Made by a program: the position numbers and the translations under genes
Part shown: positions 1 to 7,965 of the stretch, piece after piece
How positions within the stretch are numbered: position 1 is the stretch's first letter
How the letters are laid out: each line of letters starts with the position of its first letter
Notes under the pieces: model-generated
Databases searched by the model: none
Told to the model about the DNA's origin: nothing
Seen by the model: the letters and a program-made list of their open reading frames with translations, nothing else
Origin: Alcanivoracaceae bacterium
GTDB taxonomy: Bacteria > Pseudomonadota > Gammaproteobacteria > Pseudomonadales > Alcanivoracaceae
Direction of reading: 5' to 3'
Assembly: GCA_040235405.1 (NCBI GenBank)
Contig: JBECKT010000051.1
Location: forward strand, 6,879-70,878
DNA: 64,000 nucleotides

Positions 1-398
1 ACCGCACAGGGTTATCGTTTCGCCGTCGTGGGAGGCACGCAAATCACCGCAATAATGGCTACGCATAACTTTGAATCCGCTCGTTTTTTTTCAGGATGCG
101 GCGGGCAGCCGCAAAGGCGGCGTAGTATAGCGACTCAGGACGTCGTCAGCTATGCCGGCCCCTGGTGCAACGACAAGCGGCCATGCGCTATTCCGGCTCA
201 TCAGGGAAAAAGGGCAAAAATACGGGAAAAAAGCCCTGTTCAGTGCTTGCCGGTAACGAGTCCTTGGCATATAACTAGCCCGGAATCATCGCGGGGGACG
301 GCCCCTCAGCTACCAGATCTTCGGGGTAGCATCGGGAACGGATATCCTTCGGGTGGGTCGAGACATCCAATCGGACTATAAAAGGGGTACACACCATC

Positions 399-845
399 AT
401 GGCTGCCAAGAAAAAAGCTGCTGCCGCAAAACCGAAAGCCAAAGCCAAGGCCGCACCAAAAGCCAAGGCCGCACCAAAGAAAGCCGCTGCCAAAGCCAAA
501 GCTGCTCCGGCTGCGCCGAAGAAAGCCAAACTGTACGCTGACCCGGTCAGCAAGACCCAGCTGGTGAGCACCATTGCCGAGAGCACCGAGCTTAGCCGCA
601 AGCAGGTGTCGTCGGTTCTGGAAGAGCTGAACCTGATCATCGAAGGCCACCTGAAGAAGAAAGGCGGTGCCGGCAGTTTCACCATGCCGGGTTTGTTCAA
701 AATCGTCACCAAGCACAAGCCGGCACAAAAGGCACGCAAGGGCATCCACCCGATCACCAAGGAGCCGACCACCTTCAAGGCCAAGCCAGCTTCTGTTCAG
801 GTCAAGGTTCGCCCGCTCAAGAAAATGAAAGACATGGCGCAGTAA
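399..845 (+). CDS. HU/IHF-family DNA-binding protein with an N-terminal Ala/Lys/Pro-rich histone H1-like tail
   Basis: ATG at 399. The first ~45 aa are a low-complexity AKKA/PKAK repeat (AAKKKAAAAKPKAKAKAAPKAKAAPKKAAAKAKAAPAAPKKAK). An HU-like core follows (KTQLVSTIAESTELSRKQVSSVLEELNLIIEGHLKK...GLFKIV...ARKGIHPITKEP). A strong hairpin lies downstream. Confidence 0.8.
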   Translation: MAAKKKAAAAKPKAKAKAAPKAKAAPKKAAAKAKAAPAAPKKAKLYADPVSKTQLVSTIAESTELSRKQVSSVLEELNLIIEGHLKKKGGAGSFTMPGLFKIVTKHKPAQKARKGIHPITKEPTTFKAKPASVQVKVRPLKKMKDMAQ

Positions 846-859
846 GCATTGCCGTGGCT

Positions 860-894
860 CAACAAAAAAGGCGGTTTTCCCGCCTTTTTTGTTG
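860..894. terminator. Bidirectional intrinsic terminator hairpin between convergent genes
   Basis: Perfect 15-bp stem caacaaaaaaggcgg / ccgccttttttgttg with a ~5-nt loop. A/T runs on both flanks give a U-tract on either strand. It lies between the stop at 845 (+) and the stop at 908 (-). Confidence 0.7.
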
Positions 895-907
895 CCCGCA
901 ACGGGAC

Positions 908-1948
908 CTACACTGCCATTCGCTCGGCAAACAGGCCCTGACCGGCGTCCCCTACCCAATCGCCGAGGCGCACAGTGAAGCCTTTTTTCTTCAGCTCTCC
1001 GGCCACTGCGAGCATATAGGCCATATCCGCATCCACCCGACACAGTGACAGCACTTCCCTGCCAAATCGGGTAAGCCGATACACAGGGAGACGGAAATCA
1101 TCCCTGGCACTGCCGCCCTCAACGAAGATGGCTTTGTTGGAACAGGCCAGCATGGCGCTGAAGTCATCTTCAGTGGTGGACGTCATGGTCCAGGACTCCG
1201 GGCGACCATATACACCGCGTAACAAGCCCAACTCTTCCATCTGCTCAAACATCGGCTGATGCAGTTCCGGTGAAAAATAGGTCCCCGGGTTACGGTAAAT
1301 GAATCCGTCGAAACACAGTCTTGCGCAGATATTTATCATTTCCAGATCAGCTCTGGAAATGGTCCGCAAAAATTCCATGGTCCGTACAGAATAGGTGCTG
1401 GGTTTCAGCACTTCACCCGCCAAAAGCCGCGCCCAGTAGCGCTTCAGCTGCACTGACACCGCGTCCTGGGCACCGTCGCGCCATCGCACCAGCCAGTCCG
1501 GATCCACCTGGACTCTGGATATCTTCTCAAGAGGAAGATTGCGACACTCCTCCTCGGCAAGAATGGCGATATGCCGAATGGCAAGATCACGTCGCACCGC
1601 ACGCATGGCACCGTCGCGATCGGCCTGGCGAAGCAACCGGGCGGTATCCAGAGACTCCACCGGGTCATCGAACCCGGCGGCAACAATCACAGAGTTCAAC
1701 TTGACCCCCTGCATCAACTCGTCATCCGCTGCTTCACGCAAATTGCCGTCACGGGTCATCCGCAGGCGACCTTCTACCAGCCCCTGCAGCTCGTGCTGTA
1801 CCCGGGCGATCTCCCTCAGTTCCCGGGCCCTGACGGTGCGCCGATCCAGACTGCGTCGGCGCAACTCGTCCGGAGCCGACAATCCTCTTACGCCCTTGCC
1901 GAACAGAGTCAGCCAGAGCTTGTCCAGATAGTCTTCAAAACCACTCAT
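908..1948 (-). CDS. Hypothetical protein, DUF2806-like (recollection of family, not verified)
   Basis: Long ORF. I chose the internal ATG at 1948 (MSGFEDYLDKLW...) because the 2152 start would overlap the divergent gene region. The central segment DPDWLVRWRDGAQDAVSVQLKRYWARLLAGEVLKPSTYSVRTMEFLRTISRADLEMI resembles the DUF2806 signature as I remember it. Confidence 0.5.
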   Translation of the reverse strand: MSGFEDYLDKLWLTLFGKGVRGLSAPDELRRRSLDRRTVRARELREIARVQHELQGLVEGRLRMTRDGNLREAADDELMQGVKLNSVIVAAGFDDPVESLDTARLLRQADRDGAMRAVRRDLAIRHIAILAEEECRNLPLEKISRVQVDPDWLVRWRDGAQDAVSVQLKRYWARLLAGEVLKPSTYSVRTMEFLRTISRADLEMINICARLCFDGFIYRNPGTYFSPELHQPMFEQMEELGLLRGVYGRPESWTMTSTTEDDFSAMLACSNKAIFVEGGSARDDFRLPVYRLTRFGREVLSLCRVDADMAYMLAVAGELKKKGFTVRLGDWVGDAGQGLFAERMAV

Positions 1949-2060
1949 AAACCGGTTCTCCCGCCGGATGCGTGCCTGCATTGTGCGCTGCACCAGCCAG
2001 TTTGTGCACCCGCTGGTTATCCCTATAATGGCGCCCCTCTGACCCAGCGAGAATCCACTT

Positions 2061-2354
2061 ATGGCACGCAAGGACAAAAAACAGGTGATCGGCGAGCCGA
2101 TGACCGACGAACAGGTCCAGGCCTTCCTGCACACCCTGCCGGAGAGAGGCATGAACCCGGATTATCACAGCCTGTTGCGCGCCTACCGCAGTCTGCGGGC
2201 GCAGGATTTTGGGCGTTTTCTGGGATTCTTCCTCGCCGAGGGTCGTAACCTGAATGCCGCCGGACCGGACGGCAGGACCTTGCTTGAGACCATTTCAGAC
2301 CACCAGCAAAGCGCCGAATACGCAGACATCCTGACCCAGGCAGGCGGACACTGA
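2061..2354 (+). CDS. Small conserved protein, PA4642-family-like
   Basis: 97-aa ORF (MARKDKKQVIGEPMTDEQVQAFL...LRAYRSLRAQDFGRFLGFFLAEGRNLNAAGPDGRTLLE). It resembles the small gammaproteobacterial PA4642 family from memory. Confidence 0.5.
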   Translation: MARKDKKQVIGEPMTDEQVQAFLHTLPERGMNPDYHSLLRAYRSLRAQDFGRFLGFFLAEGRNLNAAGPDGRTLLETISDHQQSAEYADILTQAGGH

Positions 2355-2505
2355 CGCCCGGGCTGCTCATGACAGGACAAAAGTTGCCACAGTAAAGGCA
2401 CCACACCCTGCCGACCCGAGAAGGTCTGGTCAAAACCCATCCCTCATGGCAAGGTATGCCCATACTTCCGCAATCGTGGGCGGACATAATCACAACAACG
2501 AGAAA

Positions 2506-3747
2506 ATGAGCGCGAAGCCGATGCGATATCAGGAAATGTCCCGCTGGCGCCTGCTGGTGCTACTGATGCTCTGTGTGTTCTCCCTCAACGGCTACGCTGC
2601 CGGTGACGACGACGAGGAGGCTGATGATGAGATGGACGAGGTCACAGCAGAGGACCTCGCCATTGAAGACATCCCGGTAGATGAGCGCATCTTTCTGGTG
2701 AAATGGGCGGAGCCGCCGTTTGAGAAGCGGGTGTTTACCTACACGGATGCCCAGATCAAGGAAAAATGGGACTACCTGATGCGCGGACTGCGCATTCCCT
2801 ACCCATCCGCCGAGTACCTCCGCAAGCAGTCGGAGAAGTATCCGTTTATTCTTGAAGGCATCAAGGATTTCGACGGCGACTTCAACAAGCTGGAAAAGCG
2901 CTATGTAGAGGTCTGGCGCAAGTTCTTTGCCGGTGATTTTCAGGCCGCTCGCAACGAAGGCATCGAGATGGGCCCGATTGGCCTGATTCCCGGCCTGTTT
3001 TCACAGTTGATGCAGGCCATCTATCTGACCGAACGTCAGAGCGACAAGTACATGCTGCTACAGGATGTCGCCAACCGGGCCAAATACTACTTCGACCAGA
3101 TTACTGAAATCGAGGAAGATCCGGAAATCAAGACGCTGGCCGCTGCCGTTCGACTTGGTTACGCCTATGCGCTTGCCCGCATTGCGGAAGAGTCACCGAT
3201 CCCGATTGTTATCGCACGTCGCTATATCGGCAAGATCAAGGGCAACTCTGATCACATCACTGCCCTGGTGCCAGACCATCCGCTTGGACACGCCTTCCGT
3301 GCCGGTGTCGACGCAGGCATTATGCGCCGGGTCGGCAAATTTACCGGCCGGATGACCTATAACGCCCGCTCGACAGTGGTTGGCGGTTCTTTCGGCATGG
3401 CCCGCAAGCTGACCCCGGATATCCCGATTGTTGCCTACGAACATGGCAATGCGCTTATCTACATGAACAAGAACCGCAACCTGAACGAGGCCATGGCATT
3501 GTTTGAAGAAGCGTCGATGATGCAGCCACAGTTCTCCATGGACGCGCTGGACACCATGTATGCCTACAAGCGACTGCAGGAAATCAAGCTGTACGCTCTG
3601 AATTACCGCAGCTTCCGCAGCTTCGAGAAAGACCGTCGCAAATTTATCCGAACGACTGACCGCAATCTGACCAATGTTCGCGCTCCAATGCTGACCATGG
3701 ATATGCTTGACAACCCCGACAAGTACAAACTGCCGGAACGTAACTGA
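2506..3747 (+). CDS. Secreted hypothetical protein with an acidic N-terminal linker
   Basis: ORF 2446..3747. The likely start is one of the ATGs at 2506, 2521 or 2536, upstream of a signal-peptide-like segment (MSRWRLLVLLMLCVFSLNGYAAG). A DDDEEADDEMDE tract follows. I recognise no family. Confidence 0.55.
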   Translation: MSAKPMRYQEMSRWRLLVLLMLCVFSLNGYAAGDDDEEADDEMDEVTAEDLAIEDIPVDERIFLVKWAEPPFEKRVFTYTDAQIKEKWDYLMRGLRIPYPSAEYLRKQSEKYPFILEGIKDFDGDFNKLEKRYVEVWRKFFAGDFQAARNEGIEMGPIGLIPGLFSQLMQAIYLTERQSDKYMLLQDVANRAKYYFDQITEIEEDPEIKTLAAAVRLGYAYALARIAEESPIPIVIARRYIGKIKGNSDHITALVPDHPLGHAFRAGVDAGIMRRVGKFTGRMTYNARSTVVGGSFGMARKLTPDIPIVAYEHGNALIYMNKNRNLNEAMALFEEASMMQPQFSMDALDTMYAYKRLQEIKLYALNYRSFRSFEKDRRKFIRTTDRNLTNVRAPMLTMDMLDNPDKYKLPERN

Positions 3748-3750
3748 TCT

Positions 3751-4371
3751 ATGTTCAGCTGGTATGAAGACAGGGTGTTCCCGAGGCTGCTCGACTGGGC
3801 AACCCGCCCTTTGGCCCCGGACCGGGCTGCCCTGGTTGGCTCTGCCAGTGGTCGCGTTCTGGAGCTCGGCGTAGGCAATGGCGCCAACTTCCCCTACTAC
3901 TCTGAACAGGCCAGCGAGATACACGGTATAGAACCGGCCAACGCCCTGCTCAATGAAGCTCGCGCCGTTGCCCTCGCTCACGCCAACCCGGAGCGATTTC
4001 ACCTGACTCAGGCCGGGGCCGAAAACCTTCCCTACCCTGACAATCACTTCGATAGCGTAATCGCCTGTCTGGTGTTCTGCACCATTCCGGATGCCGAAGC
4101 TGCCGCGCGGGAAACGCTGCGCGTGCTGAAACCAGGCGGTGTTCTGCTGGTGCTTGAACATGTTGCCCACGAGAAGCCTGTCTGGCGTCGCAGTCAAAAG
4201 CTGATAGAACCACTATGGACTCCAATGGCCTGCGGTTGCCACTTGAGCCGTGACACTCTGTCTCTTTTCAGCGAATCCGGCTTCGACACCAGCAACCTCA
4301 GCAGGTGGCAACATCCGAAGCTGCCGAAACTGGCTGGTTTTATGCTCTCCGGAACTGCCATCAAACCCTGA
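3751..4371 (+). CDS. Class I SAM-dependent methyltransferase (Methyltransf_11-like)
   Basis: SAM-binding motif I VLELGVGNGANF, plus the post-I/II motifs DSVIACLVFCTIPD and LKPGGVLLVLEH. Confidence 0.8.
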   Translation: MFSWYEDRVFPRLLDWATRPLAPDRAALVGSASGRVLELGVGNGANFPYYSEQASEIHGIEPANALLNEARAVALAHANPERFHLTQAGAENLPYPDNHFDSVIACLVFCTIPDAEAAARETLRVLKPGGVLLVLEHVAHEKPVWRRSQKLIEPLWTPMACGCHLSRDTLSLFSESGFDTSNLSRWQHPKLPKLAGFMLSGTAIKP

Positions 4372-4451
4372 TTACTGCGTCATTCCGCCGCAGGCGCCCA
4401 AGCCTGCTATCCGGTTAGAATGCTCTCCACCTGGCCACACTGCGACTTGTC

Positions 4452-5648
4452 ATGACAGCATTATCTCCCGCTTCCACTCGCGTCTGGCGGCAACGGCTGG
4501 TGATGCTGCGCGGGCTGCTGATTATGGTGTTGGCTCTGGCATTTGCCCTGGCCTGGTCCCACGCCATCACGCCACTGCCCGTAGTAACGGCCCTGTTCTG
4601 GTTGCTGCTGCTCTGGTGCCCGTCCCTGCTGTTTCTTGTCACTCGTCATGCAAAAGAGCGGCATCAGTCGCGCTGGCTGACTTTCGAACTCTGTCTGGAC
4701 GTACTGCTTTTTCTCGGGCTGCTCTACCAGATTGGCGGCACTGGCAACCCGATTATTTTCTACCTGCTGCTACCGGTGCTGATGGCCGCCCTGTCATTGC
4801 CGCCGGCCGGGAACGCTCTGCTTGCCACACTGGCAATTACCGGCTATGCCGCCGCAGGCACCTGGCGACGTCCCCCGGACAGCCATCACCTGCACGGCCT
4901 GCATGACGTCAGCCATACTCATGAAATCGGCATGTGGCTGATTTTCGCTATTCTGGTGGTGATGTTCTCGATACTGGGGCAGGCGCTGCAGCAAGCCAGT
5001 CGGCGCACTCGGCAGCAACAGGCAATGGCATTAAGCATAGGCCTGCAAAGAGAGCGCATGTACCAGATTGCCGCCGGCCTTGCTGACCGCGCCCATGAGC
5101 TGAATACCCCGCTGACAACCCTGATGCTGCTAACCGATGATCCGCCACCGGCCAACGCAGCGCAGCTGCAAAAAGACTGGCAGCAGATTCGCTCGCTGGC
5201 CGAGAGAATGGCCTCGATATTGAAGCCGCGGATTTCGCCGAGTGATGCAATAGCACAACCTCTCTCCGGCCTGGTTGCGGATCTGCAGAAAAATCTGCGC
5301 ATGCTTGCTCCGACTCTGAAAGTAACCTGGCGCGGCCCGCAAGACCCGTTACTCGGCGCGCCGGTATTGTGGCAGAGGATTCTCGCCAATATCGGCTATA
5401 ACGCCTGCGATGCCGGCGCGGCAACGCTGGATATACGCTGTGAAAAAGATGCAAATTACTGGCTTGTTCAGGCCAGCGATGATGGCCCCCGTCATCATCG
5501 CGGTGATGACGGGCACATGGGCATGGGGGTTGGTCTTGCCCTGATTGAGGCTTCCCTGGCAGCTTTGGGAGGTTCTCTCGACCTGATTTTTGAAAACCGG
5601 TGGACTGTGGCGCGAATCAGGCTGCCAATCAGCGGAGAGCCACTTTGA
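4452..5648 (+). CDS. Membrane sensor histidine kinase, RegB/PrrB/RoxS-like
   Basis: Multiple N-terminal TM helices. GGTGNPI matches the RegB-family GGxxNPF quinone-site motif with F->I. H-box AHELNTPLTTL. N/G-box region NIGYNACDAG...GMGVGLAL. The stop overlaps the start of the downstream regulator. Confidence 0.75.
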   Translation: MTALSPASTRVWRQRLVMLRGLLIMVLALAFALAWSHAITPLPVVTALFWLLLLWCPSLLFLVTRHAKERHQSRWLTFELCLDVLLFLGLLYQIGGTGNPIIFYLLLPVLMAALSLPPAGNALLATLAITGYAAAGTWRRPPDSHHLHGLHDVSHTHEIGMWLIFAILVVMFSILGQALQQASRRTRQQQAMALSIGLQRERMYQIAAGLADRAHELNTPLTTLMLLTDDPPPANAAQLQKDWQQIRSLAERMASILKPRISPSDAIAQPLSGLVADLQKNLRMLAPTLKVTWRGPQDPLLGAPVLWQRILANIGYNACDAGAATLDIRCEKDANYWLVQASDDGPRHHRGDDGHMGMGVGLALIEASLAALGGSLDLIFENRWTVARIRLPISGEPL

Positions 5649-6196
5649 ATCCCGAGTTATTGCTTGTGGAAGATGATGAATCATTACGCTTGCATCTTGG
5701 CGACAGGCTGACAAGGCATGGCTACAAGGTGCACCGTTGCGCATCCATGGCGCAGGCGGCCGAGGTGTTGACCTCTGCACGACAGCTCGATGCAGCAATT
5801 CTTGATCAGAATCTGGATCAGGATAACGGGCTGGACCTGATCGAACCTTTGCTGGCCCGGTTCCCGGCATGCAGGATTCTGGTCCTGACCGGGTATGGCA
5901 GCATTCCGGCTGCTGTTGCAGCCACTCGCCGGGGCGCCCACAACTACCTGACCAAACCCGCCTCCATGGGAGACATTCTGCAGGCCTTTCAGGAAGACAC
6001 CACCACCATGCCGGAGCTGCCCGATGCCCCGCCGTCCCTCGAACGGCTGGAGTGGGAGCACATCCAGCACGTACTCGAAGAGCATCAGGGCAATGTGTCT
6101 GCCGCAGCAAGGACACTTGGCATCCATCGCAGGACTTTGCAACGCCGGTTAAAAAAGCGGCCGTCGGCAAGCCACTATCATCGTGACCGCCCCTGA
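5600..6196 (+). CDS. Response regulator, RegA/PrrA/ActR/RoxR-like (receiver + Fis-type HTH)
   Basis: Receiver LLLVEDDESLRLHL...AAILDQNLDQDNG...TKP. C-terminal Fis-type HTH GNVSAAARTLGIHRRTLQRRLKK. The true start may be the in-frame TTG at 5645, which forms TTGA with the kinase stop. Confidence 0.8.
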   Translation: MDCGANQAANQRRATLNPELLLVEDDESLRLHLGDRLTRHGYKVHRCASMAQAAEVLTSARQLDAAILDQNLDQDNGLDLIEPLLARFPACRILVLTGYGSIPAAVAATRRGAHNYLTKPASMGDILQAFQEDTTTMPELPDAPPSLERLEWEHIQHVLEEHQGNVSAAARTLGIHRRTLQRRLKKRPSASHYHRDRP

Positions 6197-6213
6197 ACGG
6201 CTACAATGGCCCG

Positions 6214-7965
6214 ATGCTGTCAATGCGTATAGTCACTGCTATCACTGCCGCCTTCATCTTTCTTGTCAGCCTGATCGTTGCTGACCAGGCCCTCGCGGCT
6301 GACTCCCGGCCACAGCTTCAGATCAGCAGCGATCAACCGGCACTGACCCGCAATCTGGAAGTCATGCTCAGCGTCGGCAACGAGTCGTGCCATGCCAGCG
6401 ATGACAGAAAAAGACTGGTACGCCGCAATCTGCTCAAACAGGCTGAGCGCGCGGCTCGCGCCGTTGGCTATTACCGTCCCGTGATTAATCTGCGCACTGA
6501 TACAGCTGATAATTGCTGGAGCATAACCATCGATGCAGAAGCCGGCGAACCGGTTCGGCTCAACAATGTGAATATCCGTTTGCAGGGGGATGCCGAAAGT
6601 GACCCTGCATTTGCCGAACTGATCCAGCGCAGCCCGCTTAAGAAAGGGGCAATACTCAGGCATAACGAATACCAGTCGTTACGTGACGGCTTGCTGCAAC
6701 TCGCCAGCGAAAGAGGCTATTTTGACCACCAACTTCTGGAGCACCGGCTTGAGGTCGACCCGGCGATGCTGACTGCGGACATTATTCTGACAATCGACAG
6801 CGGGAGGCGTTATCGATTCGGCGAGTTCAGATTAAAACAGAATGTACTGAGCGATAGCATGGCGATGCGTTATCTGCGTTTCGAATCGGGGCAGCCATGG
6901 GACAGCGAACAACTTCTGGCCAGCCAACAGGCACTTCTCGGTAGCGGCTATTTCTCCACCGTGCGACTGGAGCGTGGCAAAACCGACACAGATACCGGCA
7001 AGGTCCCGGCAACACTATACCTTACGGAACGACCGCAGCACGCCTGGATGACGGGCGTAGGCGTTAGCACCGACACCGGCCCGAGATTGCGGCTGGGCTA
7101 TGAAAACCGCTACGTTAATCGGCATGGTCATCGCTGGCGTACTGACAGTCGAATATCCGCGCTGAACAGAGCAATCACAAGCAGTTACGAAATTCCCTTT
7201 CGCGACCCGGTCCAGGACCGGCTGATGTTTTCTTCCGGGTATCAGTATGAAAATAATGAAAGCGCGGAGAGCGAACAGTTCCGCCTTGGTGGCAGACTGA
7301 TCAGTGGCTTCCTCAACGGCTGGGTGCTGACCCGGTCACTGGATTACGAGCGCGAAAACTTTACTGTCGCCGATCAGACCGAGACATCCGAGCTGGTCAT
7401 GCCGGGCGTGCAAATACAGAAAATTCGCAGCAGCCATCCGGTTTACCCACGACGGGGATGGAAGCTTGGCGCAGGCTTCCGCGGCACCCATCCCTCCATA
7501 TCGACCACGGAAGCGTTTATCCAGTCCAGACTATGGATGAAAGGCATCACTGCCACTGGCCCGGCCCGCATTCTTGCCAGACTTGAAGCCGGGCACACCA
7601 ATGTCACGGATGTTACCTCCCTGCCCGCAACTGTTCGCTTTTTTACCGGTGGTGATAATAGTATCCGTGGCTTCGACTATCAGACTCTTGGCCCGGTCGA
7701 TACGGCTGGCGCGGTCACCGGCGGCCGAAGCCTGCTGGTCGGGTCGATCGAAGCAGATTTCGCCCTGTCAAAGCACTGGCACCCTGCTGTCTTTATCGAC
7801 GCCGGCAACGCCTTCAATGACTTTAATGCCCCCAACTTGCGTACCAGTGCCGGCATGGGCATTCGCTGGAGGTCGCCGTTGGGGCCGATTCGTATTGATC
7901 TGGCCAGACCGATAGATGCTGATCGTAACTGGAGACTTCACCTGAGTATGGGGCCAGACCTGTGA
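6214..7965 (+). CDS. tamA: Translocation and assembly module outer-membrane subunit TamA (Omp85/BamA family)
   Basis: Signal peptide, POTRA-like N-terminal region and an Omp85 barrel C-terminus (FFTGGDNSIRGFDYQ...GMGIRWRSPLGPIRIDLA). It is followed by tamB with a GTGA start/stop overlap. Confidence 0.85.
   Translation: MLSMRIVTAITAAFIFLVSLIVADQALAADSRPQLQISSDQPALTRNLEVMLSVGNESCHASDDRKRLVRRNLLKQAERAARAVGYYRPVINLRTDTADNCWSITIDAEAGEPVRLNNVNIRLQGDAESDPAFAELIQRSPLKKGAILRHNEYQSLRDGLLQLASERGYFDHQLLEHRLEVDPAMLTADIILTIDSGRRYRFGEFRLKQNVLSDSMAMRYLRFESGQPWDSEQLLASQQALLGSGYFSTVRLERGKTDTDTGKVPATLYLTERPQHAWMTGVGVSTDTGPRLRLGYENRYVNRHGHRWRTDSRISALNRAITSSYEIPFRDPVQDRLMFSSGYQYENNESAESEQFRLGGRLISGFLNGWVLTRSLDYERENFTVADQTETSELVMPGVQIQKIRSSHPVYPRRGWKLGAGFRGTHPSISTTEAFIQSRLWMKGITATGPARILARLEAGHTNVTDVTSLPATVRFFTGGDNSIRGFDYQTLGPVDTAGAVTGGRSLLVGSIEADFALSKHWHPAVFIDAGNAFNDFNAPNLRTSAGMGIRWRSPLGPIRIDLARPIDADRNWRLHLSMGPDL

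Noticed and set aside
1-398. 398-bp leader upstream of the HU-like gene, checked for an RNA gene or riboswitch.
   Set aside because: I could not recognise a conserved structure, tRNA-like fold or known motif. It is probably just a promoter and 5' UTR, and the upstream gene lies outside the window.
275-1043. Two long minus-strand ORFs (275..784 and 306..1043) opposite the HU-like gene.
   Set aside because: They are produced by the GC-rich Ala/Lys repeat and translate to low-complexity Ala/Phe/Gly strings. The plus-strand ORF has a recognisable HU fold, a sensible start and a terminator.
1949-2152. N-terminal 68-aa extension of the 908..2152 ORF.
   Set aside because: The extension overlaps the start of the divergent 2061..2354 gene and has Cys/Ser/Gly-rich composition unlike the rest of the protein. 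The internal ATG at 1948 gives a plausible N-terminus. The true start was not verified.
3193-4197. 334-aa minus-strand ORF spanning the end of the secreted protein gene and the methyltransferase gene.
   Set aside because: It is antisense to two ORFs with coherent features (signal peptide; SAM motifs). It has no recognisable motifs and looks like a typical high-GC shadow ORF.
5349-6170. 273-aa minus-strand ORF over the kinase/regulator junction.
   Set aside because: It is antisense to clear histidine kinase and receiver/HTH sequences and has Arg/Pro/Ala-rich shadow-ORF composition.
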